A stretch of DNA of 64,000 nucleotides from an uncultured Planctomycetia bacterium. Lineage in GTDB: Bacteria > Omnitrophota > Gorgyraeia > Tantalellales > Tantalellaceae. Shown here in pieces: positions 9,598-20,525 of this stretch (the first letter of the stretch is position 1; each line of letters begins with the position of its first letter). The notes beneath the pieces were generated by a model. The model saw only the letters and a list, made by a program, of their open reading frames with translations, made no database searches and was not told the origin of the DNA. Made by a program: the position numbers and the translations under genes. The stretch is taken from contig CAZGQR010000001.1 in the NCBI GenBank assembly GCA_964527765.1, positions 25,961 to 89,960 on the forward strand. Direction: 5' to 3'.

Positions 9598-10219
9598 TTT
9601 CCTCTCTTTTTGTCCCGAGTATGTTTATGATGTCCGTCGCGCTTTTTTCCATCTCCAGCACGAAGCCGTCGACCTTGCTGACAAGAAAATTATATGCGAC
9701 GTATGTGGGTATCGCGACCGAAAGGCCCGCCACCGTAGTGATAAGAGCCTCCCAAATACCGCCTGCCAGGTCTCCGGGATTGATCGGCATCAGCACGATC
9801 GCCTTCTGCTCGATGACCTGGAACGCCCGCACCATCCCGGTCACGGTCCCCAGAAGCCCGAGAAGCGGAGATATGTGCGCTATAGTCGCCAGCGCGCCAA
9901 GGTTCTTCTCCAGGCGAGGTACTTCATGCAGGCCTGCATCTTCTATGGCTTCCTTTATTTCTATCCTGGGCCGATCATGTTTAAGGATGCCCGCTTTGAG
10001 TATGTGAGCTATGGGGCCGGGCATCGCATTGCACTTATCTATGGCCTCCATGATCTTGTTCCTTCTCAGCGTCTCGGCTATGTCCTCCATGAATTCTTCG
10101 GTGTTGATCTTGGCCCGCCTAAGATGCCATAACCTTTCCAGTACCACCGCAAGCGCTATGACGGAGCACAAAAGTATAAGAAACATCAACGGTCCGCCTT
10201 TAATTATCAGTCCCCACAT
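9587..10219 (-). CDS. exbB: MotA/TolQ/ExbB proton channel
   Basis: 210 aa with three TM helices and the ExbB/TolQ C-terminal region (LGLLGTVTGM). Confidence 0.8.
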   Translation of the reverse strand: MWGLIIKGGPLMFLILLCSVIALAVVLERLWHLRRAKINTEEFMEDIAETLRRNKIMEAIDKCNAMPGPIAHILKAGILKHDRPRIEIKEAIEDAGLHEVPRLEKNLGALATIAHISPLLGLLGTVTGMVRAFQVIEQKAIVLMPINPGDLAGGIWEALITTVAGLSVAIPTYVAYNFLVSKVDGFVLEMEKSATDIINILGTKREENEV

Positions 10220-10252
10220 ATCTTCCTCCTTTGATCGCTTCCGCGGTATGCC

Positions 10253-12700
10253 CTATCTGGCATAACGCTTCAGCAGTTTTATCTTTTCCTTAGCGTAATC
10301 CGCCTCCTGACCCTCGCCTTCACTCAGTTTCCGATATATATTGAACGCTCTCTCGTTCTTGCCGTGTTTTTCAAGAAGTTCCGCGCATTTGAGACGGGCA
10401 CGCGTGACCCAGAATCTTCCTTGAGGATATTTGTATTCCACCTTAAGATATTCCTCGATCGCCTCATCCTCCATGCCTGTCTTCTCATAACATTCCGCAA
10501 CATCGAACTGTATCTGGGCGTTCGACTCGGAATTTTCTTCCGTAAGAGCGACCTTGAAATACTCTATGGCCAGGACATATTTGCCCTGGATCTTCAATAT
10601 TGTCCCTATCCTGTTATTCGCGATGTTCGTTATGCTGCTCTCGGGATATTTTTTAATGAGGGTCTCATACCTGGGTACCGCCTTATCATAATCGCCCTCC
10701 TTTTTATATATGTCCCCGAGCGCCAGTATCGCCTGCGGTGTCCACTTGCTGAACGGACGCTGCTTTTCTATGCTTTCAAACTGAGCCAGACTTTGATCCG
10801 CCATGTTATTGTCATACAGCACCCACCCCAACCAGTAAGACGCATTGTCCGCAAACGGGCTGTCCGGATATTCTTCTATTACCTCAGAAAAATATTTCTG
10901 TGCGTTATTAAAATCCCCTTTGCCGTAAAAGTATTCACCGAACCAGAGTTTTATCCCGGGAACGAAATGGCTCTCTCCGCTTTCCTTAAGCATCCTCTTG
11001 AATATCCCCAGCGCTTTCTTCTCCTTCCCCATCTTGTAATAAGCCCAGCCGGAATGATACTGCGCCCTGAGAAGGAGATCCTTATCCTTCGTGGAGCTGA
11101 TGATCTTTTCATAGATCTCCGCGGCAGCTTCATAGTCGCCGCCGTTATACATGGAATTGGCTTTCTGCAGAGCGGCTTCATTCCGAAGATTACTGCCCGG
11201 GAATTCTCTGAGTATGTGTTCAAACTGCCCTGCGGAGGTCCTGTAATCTCCCTTCTGCACGTAAAGCAGGCCAAGCTGATAATGGGCCTTGTCGAGAAGG
11301 GTTGACTCGGGAAAGTTCACCACCAGCGACTGAAAAGCAAGTATAGCAGCATCTTCCCTGTTTAACTTTTTCAATATGGACCCCACCTCATACTGCGCAT
11401 GATCCGCCAGCATGCTGTGCGGGAAGTTCCTGAGCACCCTGTCATAAACGTCAACGGCGCGTCCGTTCTCGCCGCGACCCTGAAGAATGTCCCCGATACT
11501 GCATAAAGCACTTACCACCAGGTCCTCATTGTCGGACAATTCCACCGTCTTATCATATTCTTCCAGCGCTTTTGCCTCATCTCCCGCACCAAGATACGCC
11601 CATCCCAGATTGTAATGCATTTCGGATGAAAACTCCCCGTTGGGAAACTTTTCAAGAGCTTCACGGTATATCCTGATGGTATCGGGTATGTTCCCGCTTT
11701 TGTACAAGGCCTCACCCAGCCAGAAATACGCGTCATCGGTCCATTCGTTTTGCGGTATCTCGTAGATGACCTCCTGATATGCCTTCAGGGCTTTTCCGTC
11801 ATTGCCTTTCTTGAGATTGATGCGGGCGATCCCCATCAGCGCCGCGCTCCTGATCCGAGGATCGGTACTGTCATCTACGACTTGCCTGAACCATTCCTCG
11901 CTGCTATCCAGGTCCCCGCTCTGCAGGTAGGCCCTGGCCAGTTTATATTCAGCGATCACTTTTGGCGGTTTATTTTCACTACCGCGCAATGAATCTTTCA
12001 AGCTCGCGGCGGCTTCGGAAAAATTACCCAGCTTATAGTAACTGTCTCCCAGCATGTAATAAGCATCAAAAATATGCTCGCTCACCGGGTACTTTTCGGT
12101 AAATGCCTTTAATTCCGGAACCACGTCGGCATACCTGCCCGTCTTGTACAGAATCTCCGCGATCTTATACCGGGCTTTCACTGCCAGCTCTCTTTCCGGA
12201 TACAGCTGAATAACTTCGCGGAACGCCTCTATGGCCATGGGGTGTTCGCCAAGCTTTTCGTAACACCACGCCTGGGAATAACGGGAATACGGCACGTATT
12301 CACTCGTCGGATACGATTCGATCACCATTTGGTAATAGGCCAGGGCCTGTTCAAAGTCGCCCTCCTTGAAATAGACTTCGGCTATCCAATAAGTGGCGCG
12401 CGCGGCGAAATCGCCGTCCTTGAACCTTTCAAGCACAATATTGAATTCCGTAAGTGCCTTGGCGGGGGAAGATTTTTCATAATACACTCTTCCCAGAAGC
12501 GAACGCGCCTCACCCTCGACGTCTTTTGAGATGTCCAGCGCAAGCAGGGAGTTCAACTTGCTCTCCGCCAGATCATAAAAACCGTCCTTGACGGCTTTCC
12601 TGGCAAAATCGAGTTCGGGTTGAAACGTCTTTTCACCCGCTTCTGAAGGTAAACACCACAAGAACACAGCTATCGACACCAGATATATGATTTTCTTCAT
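10253..12700 (-). CDS. Secreted tetratricopeptide-repeat protein (815 aa)
   Basis: Signal peptide (MKKIIYLVSIAVFLWCLPSEA) followed by many TPR-like repeats (AxxYxxxG, W-LG-Y motifs). Confidence 0.75.
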   Translation of the reverse strand: MKKIIYLVSIAVFLWCLPSEAGEKTFQPELDFARKAVKDGFYDLAESKLNSLLALDISKDVEGEARSLLGRVYYEKSSPAKALTEFNIVLERFKDGDFAARATYWIAEVYFKEGDFEQALAYYQMVIESYPTSEYVPYSRYSQAWCYEKLGEHPMAIEAFREVIQLYPERELAVKARYKIAEILYKTGRYADVVPELKAFTEKYPVSEHIFDAYYMLGDSYYKLGNFSEAAASLKDSLRGSENKPPKVIAEYKLARAYLQSGDLDSSEEWFRQVVDDSTDPRIRSAALMGIARINLKKGNDGKALKAYQEVIYEIPQNEWTDDAYFWLGEALYKSGNIPDTIRIYREALEKFPNGEFSSEMHYNLGWAYLGAGDEAKALEEYDKTVELSDNEDLVVSALCSIGDILQGRGENGRAVDVYDRVLRNFPHSMLADHAQYEVGSILKKLNREDAAILAFQSLVVNFPESTLLDKAHYQLGLLYVQKGDYRTSAGQFEHILREFPGSNLRNEAALQKANSMYNGGDYEAAAEIYEKIISSTKDKDLLLRAQYHSGWAYYKMGKEKKALGIFKRMLKESGESHFVPGIKLWFGEYFYGKGDFNNAQKYFSEVIEEYPDSPFADNASYWLGWVLYDNNMADQSLAQFESIEKQRPFSKWTPQAILALGDIYKKEGDYDKAVPRYETLIKKYPESSITNIANNRIGTILKIQGKYVLAIEYFKVALTEENSESNAQIQFDVAECYEKTGMEDEAIEEYLKVEYKYPQGRFWVTRARLKCAELLEKHGKNERAFNIYRKLSEGEGQEADYAKEKIKLLKRYAR

Positions 12701-12760
12701 TTTGCTTATGGGCTAATTATAACTTAATTACAGGGTAAATCATATGCTAACAAAATATAG

Positions 12761-15556
12761 CTATCTCATCAAGAGCTTTTTGAGATATGCTCCGGTATGG
12801 GACTTCTTGCCGGAAGCCACTTCTTCGGGGGTGCCGCAAGCGACCAGCTCGCCGCCGGTATCTCCGCCTTCCGGCCCGAGATCTATGATATAATCCGCGG
12901 ACTTGATGACATCCAGGTTATGCTCGATCACCAGTACCGTATTTCCGGCGGATACCAGGGCATGCAGCACATCCAGCAGTTTGTGTATATCCGCAAAATG
13001 TAACCCCGTAGTAGGCTCGTCCAGTATATACAGCGTCTTGCCGGTAGCCGTCTTGGACAATTCTGTCGCAAGTTTCACCCTCTGCGCTTCTCCGCCGGAT
13101 AATGTCGTCGCCGGCTGCCCAAGCCTTATATACCCCAGCCCGACATCGTACAGGGTCCGCATCTTGTTCTTGATCGCGGGGATGTTCTCGAACAGCTTCA
13201 GCGCATCCTCCACGCTCAGATCAAGGACCTCAGAAATATTGTACCCCTTGTATCTTATCTCAAGCGTCTGGTCATTGAATCGCTTGCCGTTGCAGACCTG
13301 GCACTGCACATAAACGTCCGGCAGGAAATGCATCTCGATCTTTTTCATCCCGTCGCCCTGGCACGCTTCACAGCGGCCTCCCTTGACATTGAAACTGAAC
13401 CTGCCGGGTTTATAGCCCCGCATGCGCGATTCGGGAAGAGAGCTGAAAAGCTTTCGTATGGGGTCAAATGCTCCCGTGTATGTCGTGGGATTGGACCTAG
13501 GGGTCCTCCCTATGGGGGACTGGTCTATCACTATCACTTTGTCTATGTGTTTAACGCCGTTTATCCTTTTATGCTTACCGGGTTTTACCTTGGACCTGTA
13601 AAGTTTTTTAGCCAGCGCCCTGTATAGAACCTCGTCGATGAGCGTGCTTTTCCCCGATCCCGAAACACCCGTCACGCAGTTAAACACGCCCAACGGGATA
13701 CTCACATCTATGCGTTTGAGATTATGCTCGGCGGCGCCTATCACTTCCAGGCGTTTATCCGGGTCGTATTCCCGCCTTTTCTTCGGCACCTCGATCTTCA
13801 GATCTCCGCGCAGATACTTGCCGGTAAGCGACTGCTTGTTCTTGAGAATATCAGCCAATCCTCCTACTACGACCACTTCCCCTCCATGTTCACCCGCCCC
13901 GGGACCCAGGTCAATAATATAGTCCGCCTTTCGTATAGTCGTTTCGTCATGCTCGACCACCACAAGCGTATTCCCGAGCTCTTTAAGCGCGACCAGGGTG
14001 TCAAGAAGCTTGCGGTTGTCTTTCTGGTGAAGCCCGATACTCGGTTCGTCCAGGACATAGAGCACGCCGACCAGGCCGGCCCCGATCTGCGTGGCGAGCC
14101 GGATCCTCTGGTCCTCGCCTCCTGAAAGCGTGTTGCTTCTCCTGTCCAGGGTGAGATACCCAAGCCCCACATTTATCATGAATTCCAGCCGTGACTTGAT
14201 CTCCTTGAGGGCTTCCTCGGCGATCTTCTTCTGCATCGCGTCAAGCTTAAGGCGGGAAAAATACTCTTTCGCCCCGGTTATGGACATCTCGCACGCGTCG
14301 GCAATGTTCTTGCCCCCGATAAACACATTACGCGATTCCTTGCGCAGGCGCTGCCCCTTACACTCCGGACAGGGCTGAACCGACATGAAACCGCTTATCA
14401 TCTCCTTGATAAAATCGCTTTCGGAGTGGCGGAAACGCCTCTCCAGATTGGGAATAACGCCTTCAAAACCCGATTCATCATCCCCGTAAAGGACCATCTT
14501 CTTCTGGGCGGAAGTCAGCTTCTCGAACGGCATCTCATGATCAAAGCCATGATACCTGGCCATCCTTCGGATATGCCGGCGGTAGTGAAGCACGATCCCT
14601 TTGCCGCCTCTTTTCCAGGGAACAACCGCCCTTATAAGAGATTCGGTCTTGTCCGGGACTATCAGTTCCGGATCTATCTCCATTTTGTTCCCCAGGCCGT
14701 TGCAGGCGGGACACGCGCCGTAAGGGCTGTTAAAGGAAAAATTTCTCGGTGCCAGCTTTTCAAAACTTATCCCGCACCTGAGGCAAGCGTTCTTCTCGCT
14801 GAAAAGTATATCCTCGGTAAGGTTCCCTTTTTCATCCAGCAGAACCACAACAGTAGTACCGGAACCGAGCTTGAGCGCCGTCTCGACCGAATCGGACAGG
14901 CGCGACCGGATACCCTTTTTCATGACAAGCCTGTCCACCACCGCCTCAATAGTATGCTTGACCTTTTTATTCAGTCTCGGGATGCGGTCGCCTATATCCA
15001 CGATCTTTCCGTCAAGCCTTATCCTGATAAGCCCTTCTTTTCTCGCGCCCTTCATCACCTCAACATGCTCACCTTTTCTTCCCTGGATCAAGGGAGCGAG
15101 TATCATCAGCTTTTTGCCTTCCTTAAAGGACATGATACGATCGACGATCTGCTGCGAGCTCTGTCCGGATATTTCCCTGCCGCACCTGGGACAACGCTGG
15201 ATGCCGATCCTCGCGAAAAGCACTCTCAGGTAATCGTAGATCTCGGTCTGCGTGCCTACGGTCGATCGGGGATTCCTTCCAGCCGTCCTCTGCTCGATGC
15301 TTATGGTCGGCGATAATCCCTCGATGTAGTCCACGTGGGGCTTCTGGAGCTGTTCGATAAACTGTCTCGCGTAGCTGGATAAGGACTCCACGTAACGCCT
15401 TTGGCCTTCAGCATATATGGTATCAAACGCGAGAGACGACTTGCCGGAACCGGAAAGGCCGGTAACCACGCACAGCGTGTTCCGTGGAATGCGGACATCG
15501 ATGCTTTTGAGGTTATGCTCCCTGGCGCCTTTTACGAAAATATGATCCTTGCTCAT
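12761..15556 (-). CDS. uvrA: Excinuclease ABC subunit A
   Basis: ORF track 12761..15613. Two ABC ATPase modules ([20 protein letters not shown]) and zinc fingers. The likely start is [17 protein letters not shown]. Confidence 0.95.
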   Translation of the reverse strand: MSKDHIFVKGAREHNLKSIDVRIPRNTLCVVTGLSGSGKSSLAFDTIYAEGQRRYVESLSSYARQFIEQLQKPHVDYIEGLSPTISIEQRTAGRNPRSTVGTQTEIYDYLRVLFARIGIQRCPRCGREISGQSSQQIVDRIMSFKEGKKLMILAPLIQGRKGEHVEVMKGARKEGLIRIRLDGKIVDIGDRIPRLNKKVKHTIEAVVDRLVMKKGIRSRLSDSVETALKLGSGTTVVVLLDEKGNLTEDILFSEKNACLRCGISFEKLAPRNFSFNSPYGACPACNGLGNKMEIDPELIVPDKTESLIRAVVPWKRGGKGIVLHYRRHIRRMARYHGFDHEMPFEKLTSAQKKMVLYGDDESGFEGVIPNLERRFRHSESDFIKEMISGFMSVQPCPECKGQRLRKESRNVFIGGKNIADACEMSITGAKEYFSRLKLDAMQKKIAEEALKEIKSRLEFMINVGLGYLTLDRRSNTLSGGEDQRIRLATQIGAGLVGVLYVLDEPSIGLHQKDNRKLLDTLVALKELGNTLVVVEHDETTIRKADYIIDLGPGAGEHGGEVVVVGGLADILKNKQSLTGKYLRGDLKIEVPKKRREYDPDKRLEVIGAAEHNLKRIDVSIPLGVFNCVTGVSGSGKSTLIDEVLYRALAKKLYRSKVKPGKHKRINGVKHIDKVIVIDQSPIGRTPRSNPTTYTGAFDPIRKLFSSLPESRMRGYKPGRFSFNVKGGRCEACQGDGMKKIEMHFLPDVYVQCQVCNGKRFNDQTLEIRYKGYNISEVLDLSVEDALKLFENIPAIKNKMRTLYDVGLGYIRLGQPATTLSGGEAQRVKLATELSKTATGKTLYILDEPTTGLHFADIHKLLDVLHALVSAGNTVLVIEHNLDVIKSADYIIDLGPEGGDTGGELVACGTPEEVASGKKSHTGAYLKKLLMR

Positions 15557-15627
15557 AGGGTATGATTGTAACATAAATATATTTACGTCACAACAAGTTA
15601 GTGATTTTCGCATTTGTGAAAATATAT

Positions 15628-15656
15628 TTGATTATTTTTAAAAAATGTAGTATATT
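15628..15656 (+). promoter_or_regulatory. Sigma-70-type promoter (TTGATT-N17-TATATT) for the XRE-cupin regulator gene
   Basis: The -35 is at 15628-15633, followed by a 17-nt spacer and the -10 at 15651-15656. An imperfect inverted repeat ATTTTCGCA-tt-TGTGAAAAT lies at 15604-15624, just upstream. Confidence 0.4.
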
Positions 15657-15708
15657 GTCAATATCGGAAAACAGCAAATACTTTTTGAGTTATCTCAAAG
15701 GAGGAAGT

Positions 15709-16260
15709 ATGAAAATAGGAAAAAGGATGCGTTTGTTGAGAAAAGAAAAGGATATCACGCTTGAAGAGCTTTCCGAGAAAAGCGGCGTGGCCCTGGCCAC
15801 CCTCAGCCGCATGGAAAACAACAAGATGGCGGGCACCCTGGCCTCCCATAACAAGATATGCAAGGCCCTCGGCGTCTCGATCTCCGAACTCTACCGCGAG
15901 CTCGAGGACGAAACCAAAACAGTCGAAGCGGTCCCGAAATACAAAAGAACGGAACACTTTATCCATGCCCGCAAGGCAAAATACGAACTCCTTGTCACGA
16001 AAACGCTCGACAAAAAGATAATGCCGCTAATGATGAAACTCGCAAGCGGAGGCAAAACACAAAAAGAACAAAATAAACCCGGCGTGGAAAAATTCATATA
16101 CATGATAGCCGGAACCCTTGAAGCGATTGTCGGCAACGAAACGCACACTCTAAAACGCGGTGACAGTCTCTATTTCGACGCTTCCCTCCCCCATGTATTC
16201 AAAAACAACGCCAAAACGGAAGCGGAGGCAATGTGCATTATTTCACCGCCGGCATTATGA
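15709..16260 (+). CDS. XRE-family HTH transcriptional regulator with a C-terminal cupin domain
   Basis: ORF track 15601..16260. The RBS AAGGAGGA precedes ATG at 15709 (MKIGKRMRLLRKEKDITLEELSEKSGV). The N-terminus is an HTH_3 domain and the C-terminus is a cupin (GDSLYFDASLPH). Confidence 0.75.
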   Translation: MKIGKRMRLLRKEKDITLEELSEKSGVALATLSRMENNKMAGTLASHNKICKALGVSISELYRELEDETKTVEAVPKYKRTEHFIHARKAKYELLVTKTLDKKIMPLMMKLASGGKTQKEQNKPGVEKFIYMIAGTLEAIVGNETHTLKRGDSLYFDASLPHVFKNNAKTEAEAMCIISPPAL

Positions 16261-16327
16261 TCGGTATGTCGTCATCCTGTAAGACTGGAAATCTATAACA
16301 TTGCTAATAAGCTTGAGGAGGAAAAAA

Positions 16328-16684
16328 ATGAATAAACAAAAAAAGATCCTGATCTGTGACGACGAAGAAGGAGTCCGGGAATCACTTAATCTGATACTCG
16401 AAGACATGTATAATCTTGATTTTGCTTCTTCGGGAGACGAAGCTATACAAAAAGCTAAAAATCAAAAGTACGATGGAGTATTGCTGGATATCAAAATGCC
16501 CGCAAAAGACGGCCTTGAAACCCTGGAAGAGCTCCGGCAAATATCTCCCGACGTGAAAGTCATCATAGTCACCGGATATCAAAGCGTAGAAACCGCCGCA
16601 AAAGCCGTCCAACTGGGCGCAATGGACTACATCACCAAACCTTTTGAGAGCGATGAGGTAAAGGAAAAGATTGGGAGAATTTAA
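16328..16684 (+). CDS. Response regulator, receiver domain only (CheY-like)
   Basis: RBS GAGGAGG precedes MNKQKKILICDDEEGVRESL. The phospho-acceptor pattern DD...D(LLDIKMP)...T...K is present and there is no output domain. Confidence 0.8.
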   Translation: MNKQKKILICDDEEGVRESLNLILEDMYNLDFASSGDEAIQKAKNQKYDGVLLDIKMPAKDGLETLEELRQISPDVKVIIVTGYQSVETAAKAVQLGAMDYITKPFESDEVKEKIGRI

Positions 16685-16757
16685 AGTATTGCAAAAGAAA
16701 TAAATTTGGGATAGCACTAAAAAACTCAATTAAGTATCCATTAGAGTATTGTTTATA

Positions 16758-18383
16758 ATGATTAACTTATATGGCATATCTAACATACTTACTACAATAA
16801 CTAGCATGGCTATGGCCCTATTCGTCTATACAAAAGGCTATAGAAGCAAATTATGCAAAACATGGTCAATTTTTGCCATTTGTGTCGCTATTTATGGATT
16901 TGGCGCGTATATGGCATCTGGTTCTAGAAACTCATTATCAGCATTTTTTTGGTGGCAAATTTCCTATATAGGCGTTATCATGCTACCTGCCTTATTTATA
17001 CATTTTGTTTATGTTTTTTTAAATATCAAACGAGCTTACATTATTAGAATTGTATACATTTTAAGTTTAATAGTGTTAGCTGCGGATATTTTTAGTAAAA
17101 ATTTGTTTGTTGGAAATGTTAGTTTATTATTCACAAATTCGAAATGGTTTACCCCAGCTTGGTGGATTTATCCCCCCGGCCCCCTGCACATCTTCTACAC
17201 TCTTTTCTTGTATATTGGATTACTAATATATGCTCATGTTGAATTGATTAAAGCATATAAAAATTCTGGGCACCTTAAACAACAACAAATCAAGTACTTT
17301 TTCTTTGCTACAACATTGGGCTTTGTCGGAGGTGGAACTTCCTATTTGCCATGCTTTGGCATAAATGTATATCCTGTTTTGAATATAACTGTACCTTTAT
17401 ATCCGCTAATTATGACTTATGCTATTATCCGCCATCAACTTATGGATATAGAAGTTATAATCAAAAAAACTCTTATTTATTCAGTGCTAATATCTGTTAT
17501 AACAATTCTTTATTTCATTATTGTTTATACCTTGGAAAAGATCTTTAGCATCATTGTAGGATATTATTCTATGCCATTAGCCATAACTATCATTACCTTC
17601 TTTTCAATAATATTTATCCCCTTAAAAAACAAAATTCAAAAATTTATTGATAAATATTTCTTCCATGGCTCCATAGATCAGATAGATGAGGAAAACATCA
17701 AGCTTCGCGAAGAACTTCAGAAAGCCGAAAAGCTAAAGGCGGTAGCTACCCTTGCCGCAGGTATGGCGCATGAGATAAAAAACCCTCTTACATCGATCAA
17801 AACCTTTACAGAATACATTTCTAAAAAGAAAACTGACCCGGAATTTCTTGAAAAGTTCCAAAAAATCGTCAGCGGTGAAGTTAACAGGATAAATTATATC
17901 GTCAAACAACTGCTGGAGTTTTCTAAACCCAGCGATCTCCAGCTTAAAGAAACCGGCATCGATAGTCTGCTGGATGAAACGTTGGATCTATTGAATAATG
18001 ATTTTCTGAAACATAACATAAAAATCGAAAAATGTTACTCTCCTCTGCCCTCGATCAAAGTTGACCCTTCACAAATGAAACAAGTCTTTCTCAATCTCTT
18101 ACTGAATGCCATAGACTCGATGGAAACTGGCGGGATTATCACGGCAACCATTAAACCAGGCAAAAACGATAATATAATAATAAAAATCAAAGATTCAGGT
18201 AAGGGCATAGAAAAAGAAGATCTCAAGCATATTTTCGACCCGTTTTTCAGCAAGAAAAACGGTGGAACAGGCCTCGGCCTCAGCGTAGTTCATGGAATTA
18301 TCGAAAAACACGGCGGAAAGATAAGCGTCGAAGGCGTCCCAGGCCATGGAACATCTTTCCAGATCAATCTACCAATCGATTAA
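16758..18383 (+). CDS. Sensor histidine kinase with an N-terminal polytopic (7-9 TM) membrane domain, HisKA_7TM-type
   Basis: ORF track 16749..18383 (TTG); the first ATG is at 16758. It has 8-9 hydrophobic helices, then the HisKA H-box (MAHEIKNPLTSIK) and an HATPase_c domain (GGTGLGLS). The loop YAIIRHQLMDIEVIIKKTLIY is shared with the second kinase. Confidence 0.8.
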   Translation: MINLYGISNILTTITSMAMALFVYTKGYRSKLCKTWSIFAICVAIYGFGAYMASGSRNSLSAFFWWQISYIGVIMLPALFIHFVYVFLNIKRAYIIRIVYILSLIVLAADIFSKNLFVGNVSLLFTNSKWFTPAWWIYPPGPLHIFYTLFLYIGLLIYAHVELIKAYKNSGHLKQQQIKYFFFATTLGFVGGGTSYLPCFGINVYPVLNITVPLYPLIMTYAIIRHQLMDIEVIIKKTLIYSVLISVITILYFIIVYTLEKIFSIIVGYYSMPLAITIITFFSIIFIPLKNKIQKFIDKYFFHGSIDQIDEENIKLREELQKAEKLKAVATLAAGMAHEIKNPLTSIKTFTEYISKKKTDPEFLEKFQKIVSGEVNRINYIVKQLLEFSKPSDLQLKETGIDSLLDETLDLLNNDFLKHNIKIEKCYSPLPSIKVDPSQMKQVFLNLLLNAIDSMETGGIITATIKPGKNDNIIIKIKDSGKGIEKEDLKHIFDPFFSKKNGGTGLGLSVVHGIIEKHGGKISVEGVPGHGTSFQINLPID

Positions 18384-18391
18384 TCCGGCTA

Positions 18392-19714
18392 TTACACTGT
18401 ATTGCGTAATTTCCCCTTTTTGTATGCCAGCAGGAAAGCGCTTACGATTATAGGATCGAACTGCGTCCCTGAATTGTCCTTGATTATCTGAACAGCAATT
18501 TCTGCCATTTTTTTCTGGCGGTAAGGTCTGTCGCTGGTTATTGCATCAAAAGTATCTGCAACAGAGATTATGCGGGAAATAAACGGTATCTCTTCGCCCT
18601 TTAGACCATCCGGATATCCGGCACCGTCAAACCTTTCATGATGGGCACGCACTTCCTTGGCGATATCCCCCAATTCCTTTATGGGATTAAGTATTGCCGA
18701 CCCTGTGATTGAGTGCTCTTTCACTTTTTCGTATTCTTCCTTAGTCAATTGACTGCTCTTGTTCAAAACACTGTCCGGAACGCCGATCTTTCCAACATCA
18801 TGAAGCAACGCCGCTAGATGAAGTGTCTCTTTGAAGTTTTTATATGCCTTTGCTTCAGGGACATCCTCAAGTTCCCCTCCAATGGCCAATGCATATTGCG
18901 TAACACGCTCGGTATGGCCGTGCGTGTAAAGATCTCTTGCGTCTATAGCGGCTGCCAGGGAAATAGCTGTATGAATGAATATGCGATGTTCCCTTTCATA
19001 AAGACTGTGGACCTCGTAGATCTTATCCTGAAGGTCTTGTATAAGCTGCGCATTTGCAAGTGCCATGGCCACATCATTGGCAAGCGTTGTGAAAAACCCT
19101 ATTTCCTGTCTGGAAAATTTCATATTAGACAGTTTCTTTCCCAGGACAAAGACACCTATAAGATCTTTTTTATAATAGATCGGTATACAGATATTGGCCT
19201 TTAAAAGTTCCATCTGTCTGATAGTCAGCTCGATCAATTCAGCGAGTTCCTCATCCTTTTTAAGGTTCTCATCTCTCTGCAGAATATCAAGAAGTCCTTT
19301 ATACTCGATATCTCCTGTTTCTGATATCTTGTAATTGTACCGTTCATTAAACATCCGGATGAGGGGATTCTCAAACGTAAGCCGTATAAATCCTACCGGT
19401 ATCTTAACGCCTTCCGCACCCTTGCTATCGATAAGTATAAAAGAATCCTTGTCTTTGCGGTACAGGAGCATAGCCGTATGTGTAACTTTTACCTGTTCGT
19501 CTATGATCCTGACTATCATACGTATAAGGCGCTCGGGCTTTTTGAACCGTATCATGGTGCGAGAAGCGTTCTCCAGAAAGAATTGGTAATCCAATTCCGG
19601 TTCTTGTCTCTTCTGGACACTTTCCGAATCAATGGGGATCAGAGCACCGTCACAATTCTTCATTTTTTCGACGATCCAATCCTGTAGCTTTAACCAGTTA
19701 TCTTCGTATGACAT
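18392..19714 (-). CDS. GAF domain - HD-GYP phosphodiesterase (c-di-GMP hydrolase family)
   Basis: 440 aa with a GAF-like N-terminal half. The HD-GYP motifs are HGHTERV...HDVGK...HHERFDGAGYP. Confidence 0.8.
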   Translation of the reverse strand: MSYEDNWLKLQDWIVEKMKNCDGALIPIDSESVQKRQEPELDYQFFLENASRTMIRFKKPERLIRMIVRIIDEQVKVTHTAMLLYRKDKDSFILIDSKGAEGVKIPVGFIRLTFENPLIRMFNERYNYKISETGDIEYKGLLDILQRDENLKKDEELAELIELTIRQMELLKANICIPIYYKKDLIGVFVLGKKLSNMKFSRQEIGFFTTLANDVAMALANAQLIQDLQDKIYEVHSLYEREHRIFIHTAISLAAAIDARDLYTHGHTERVTQYALAIGGELEDVPEAKAYKNFKETLHLAALLHDVGKIGVPDSVLNKSSQLTKEEYEKVKEHSITGSAILNPIKELGDIAKEVRAHHERFDGAGYPDGLKGEEIPFISRIISVADTFDAITSDRPYRQKKMAEIAVQIIKDNSGTQFDPIIVSAFLLAYKKGKLRNTV

Positions 19715-19726
19715 CTTTTCTCCTAA

Positions 19727-20101
19727 CTACTTTTCCATTTTAATCTGCTCTGCAACCGTAAGAACAGTCCTCTCAAGCTGTTCAAGCAAAAGCGGCTTGG
19801 TGATGTACTCTGTTACCCCATGATGTTTTGCCTCCTCGGCTTTTTCCACATCTTCAACCGCCGTGATTATTATTACTTTTTTGGTGCTATCTTTTTTGCG
19901 GATCGCTTTAAGCGCCTCTATGCCATCCATGACCGGCATTTTTATATCCAGGAGGATTATATCCGGATTTATGGACTTTACTATGCTAAGAGCCTCTTTC
20001 CCGTCATAAGCGACAGATACTTCAAAATTCCTTTCTTTAAAGAAATTCTTCACAAAATCACACACATCCACTTCATCATCAACAACTAGTAGCTTCAGCA
20101 T
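19727..20101 (-). CDS. Response regulator, receiver domain only
   Basis: 124 aa: MLKLLVVDDEVDV...LLDIKMPVMDG...T...K, with no output domain. Confidence 0.8.
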   Translation of the reverse strand: MLKLLVVDDEVDVCDFVKNFFKERNFEVSVAYDGKEALSIVKSINPDIILLDIKMPVMDGIEALKAIRKKDSTKKVIIITAVEDVEKAEEAKHHGVTEYITKPLLLEQLERTVLTVAEQIKMEK

Positions 20102-20114
20102 GATATTTCTCCTC

Positions 20115-20492
20115 CTATTTATTCACCTTTGCGGCTCTATTAACAAGTTCCTCAAGAGATTTCAGGCTAGTTATGGGTTTTTCGACAAACGCATAAGCGC
20201 CTTTTTTCAATAAACGTTCTTTAGTCTTCCCGGGATCCCTGTACGCTGTTATAAAAATAACCTCAATATCTGCATTCAACTTTTTTATTTCTTCCATCAC
20301 TTTCTCGCCGTTAAGACCGGCCATCCTCAAATCAAGTAGAACAATATCGTATTTTTTCTGCCGCAAAAGCCCTAGCCCTCTATCGCCTCCCGATGTTGCA
20401 TCTATCTCATAACCCCTTGGTTCAAAATATTGTTTCAGCAAATCCGTAAAGCTTATTTCATCATCAATCGACAAAATTCTCGGCTTTTTCAT
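20115..20492 (-). CDS. Response regulator, receiver domain only
   Basis: 125 aa: RILSIDDEISF...LLDLRMAGLNG, with no output domain. Confidence 0.8.
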   Translation of the reverse strand: MKKPRILSIDDEISFTDLLKQYFEPRGYEIDATSGGDRGLGLLRQKKYDIVLLDLRMAGLNGEKVMEEIKKLNADIEVIFITAYRDPGKTKERLLKKGAYAFVEKPITSLKSLEELVNRAAKVNK

Positions 20493-20525
20493 CTTATTCT
20501 TTCTGCTTCAAGCACTAATTCTGCC

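Noticed and set aside
8307-11305. Long plus-strand ORFs (8307..9173, 9197..10132, 9621..10007, 10364..11305) antisense to tonB/exbD/exbB/TPR genes
   Set aside because: They lie entirely inside well-supported minus-strand genes with recognisable domains. Their translations are low-complexity (Ser/Arg/Pro-rich) with no recognisable motifs. They are shadow ORFs.
14426-15316. 296-aa plus-strand ORF inside uvrA
   Set aside because: Antisense to an unmistakable UvrA coding region. The product is compositionally biased with no family resemblance.
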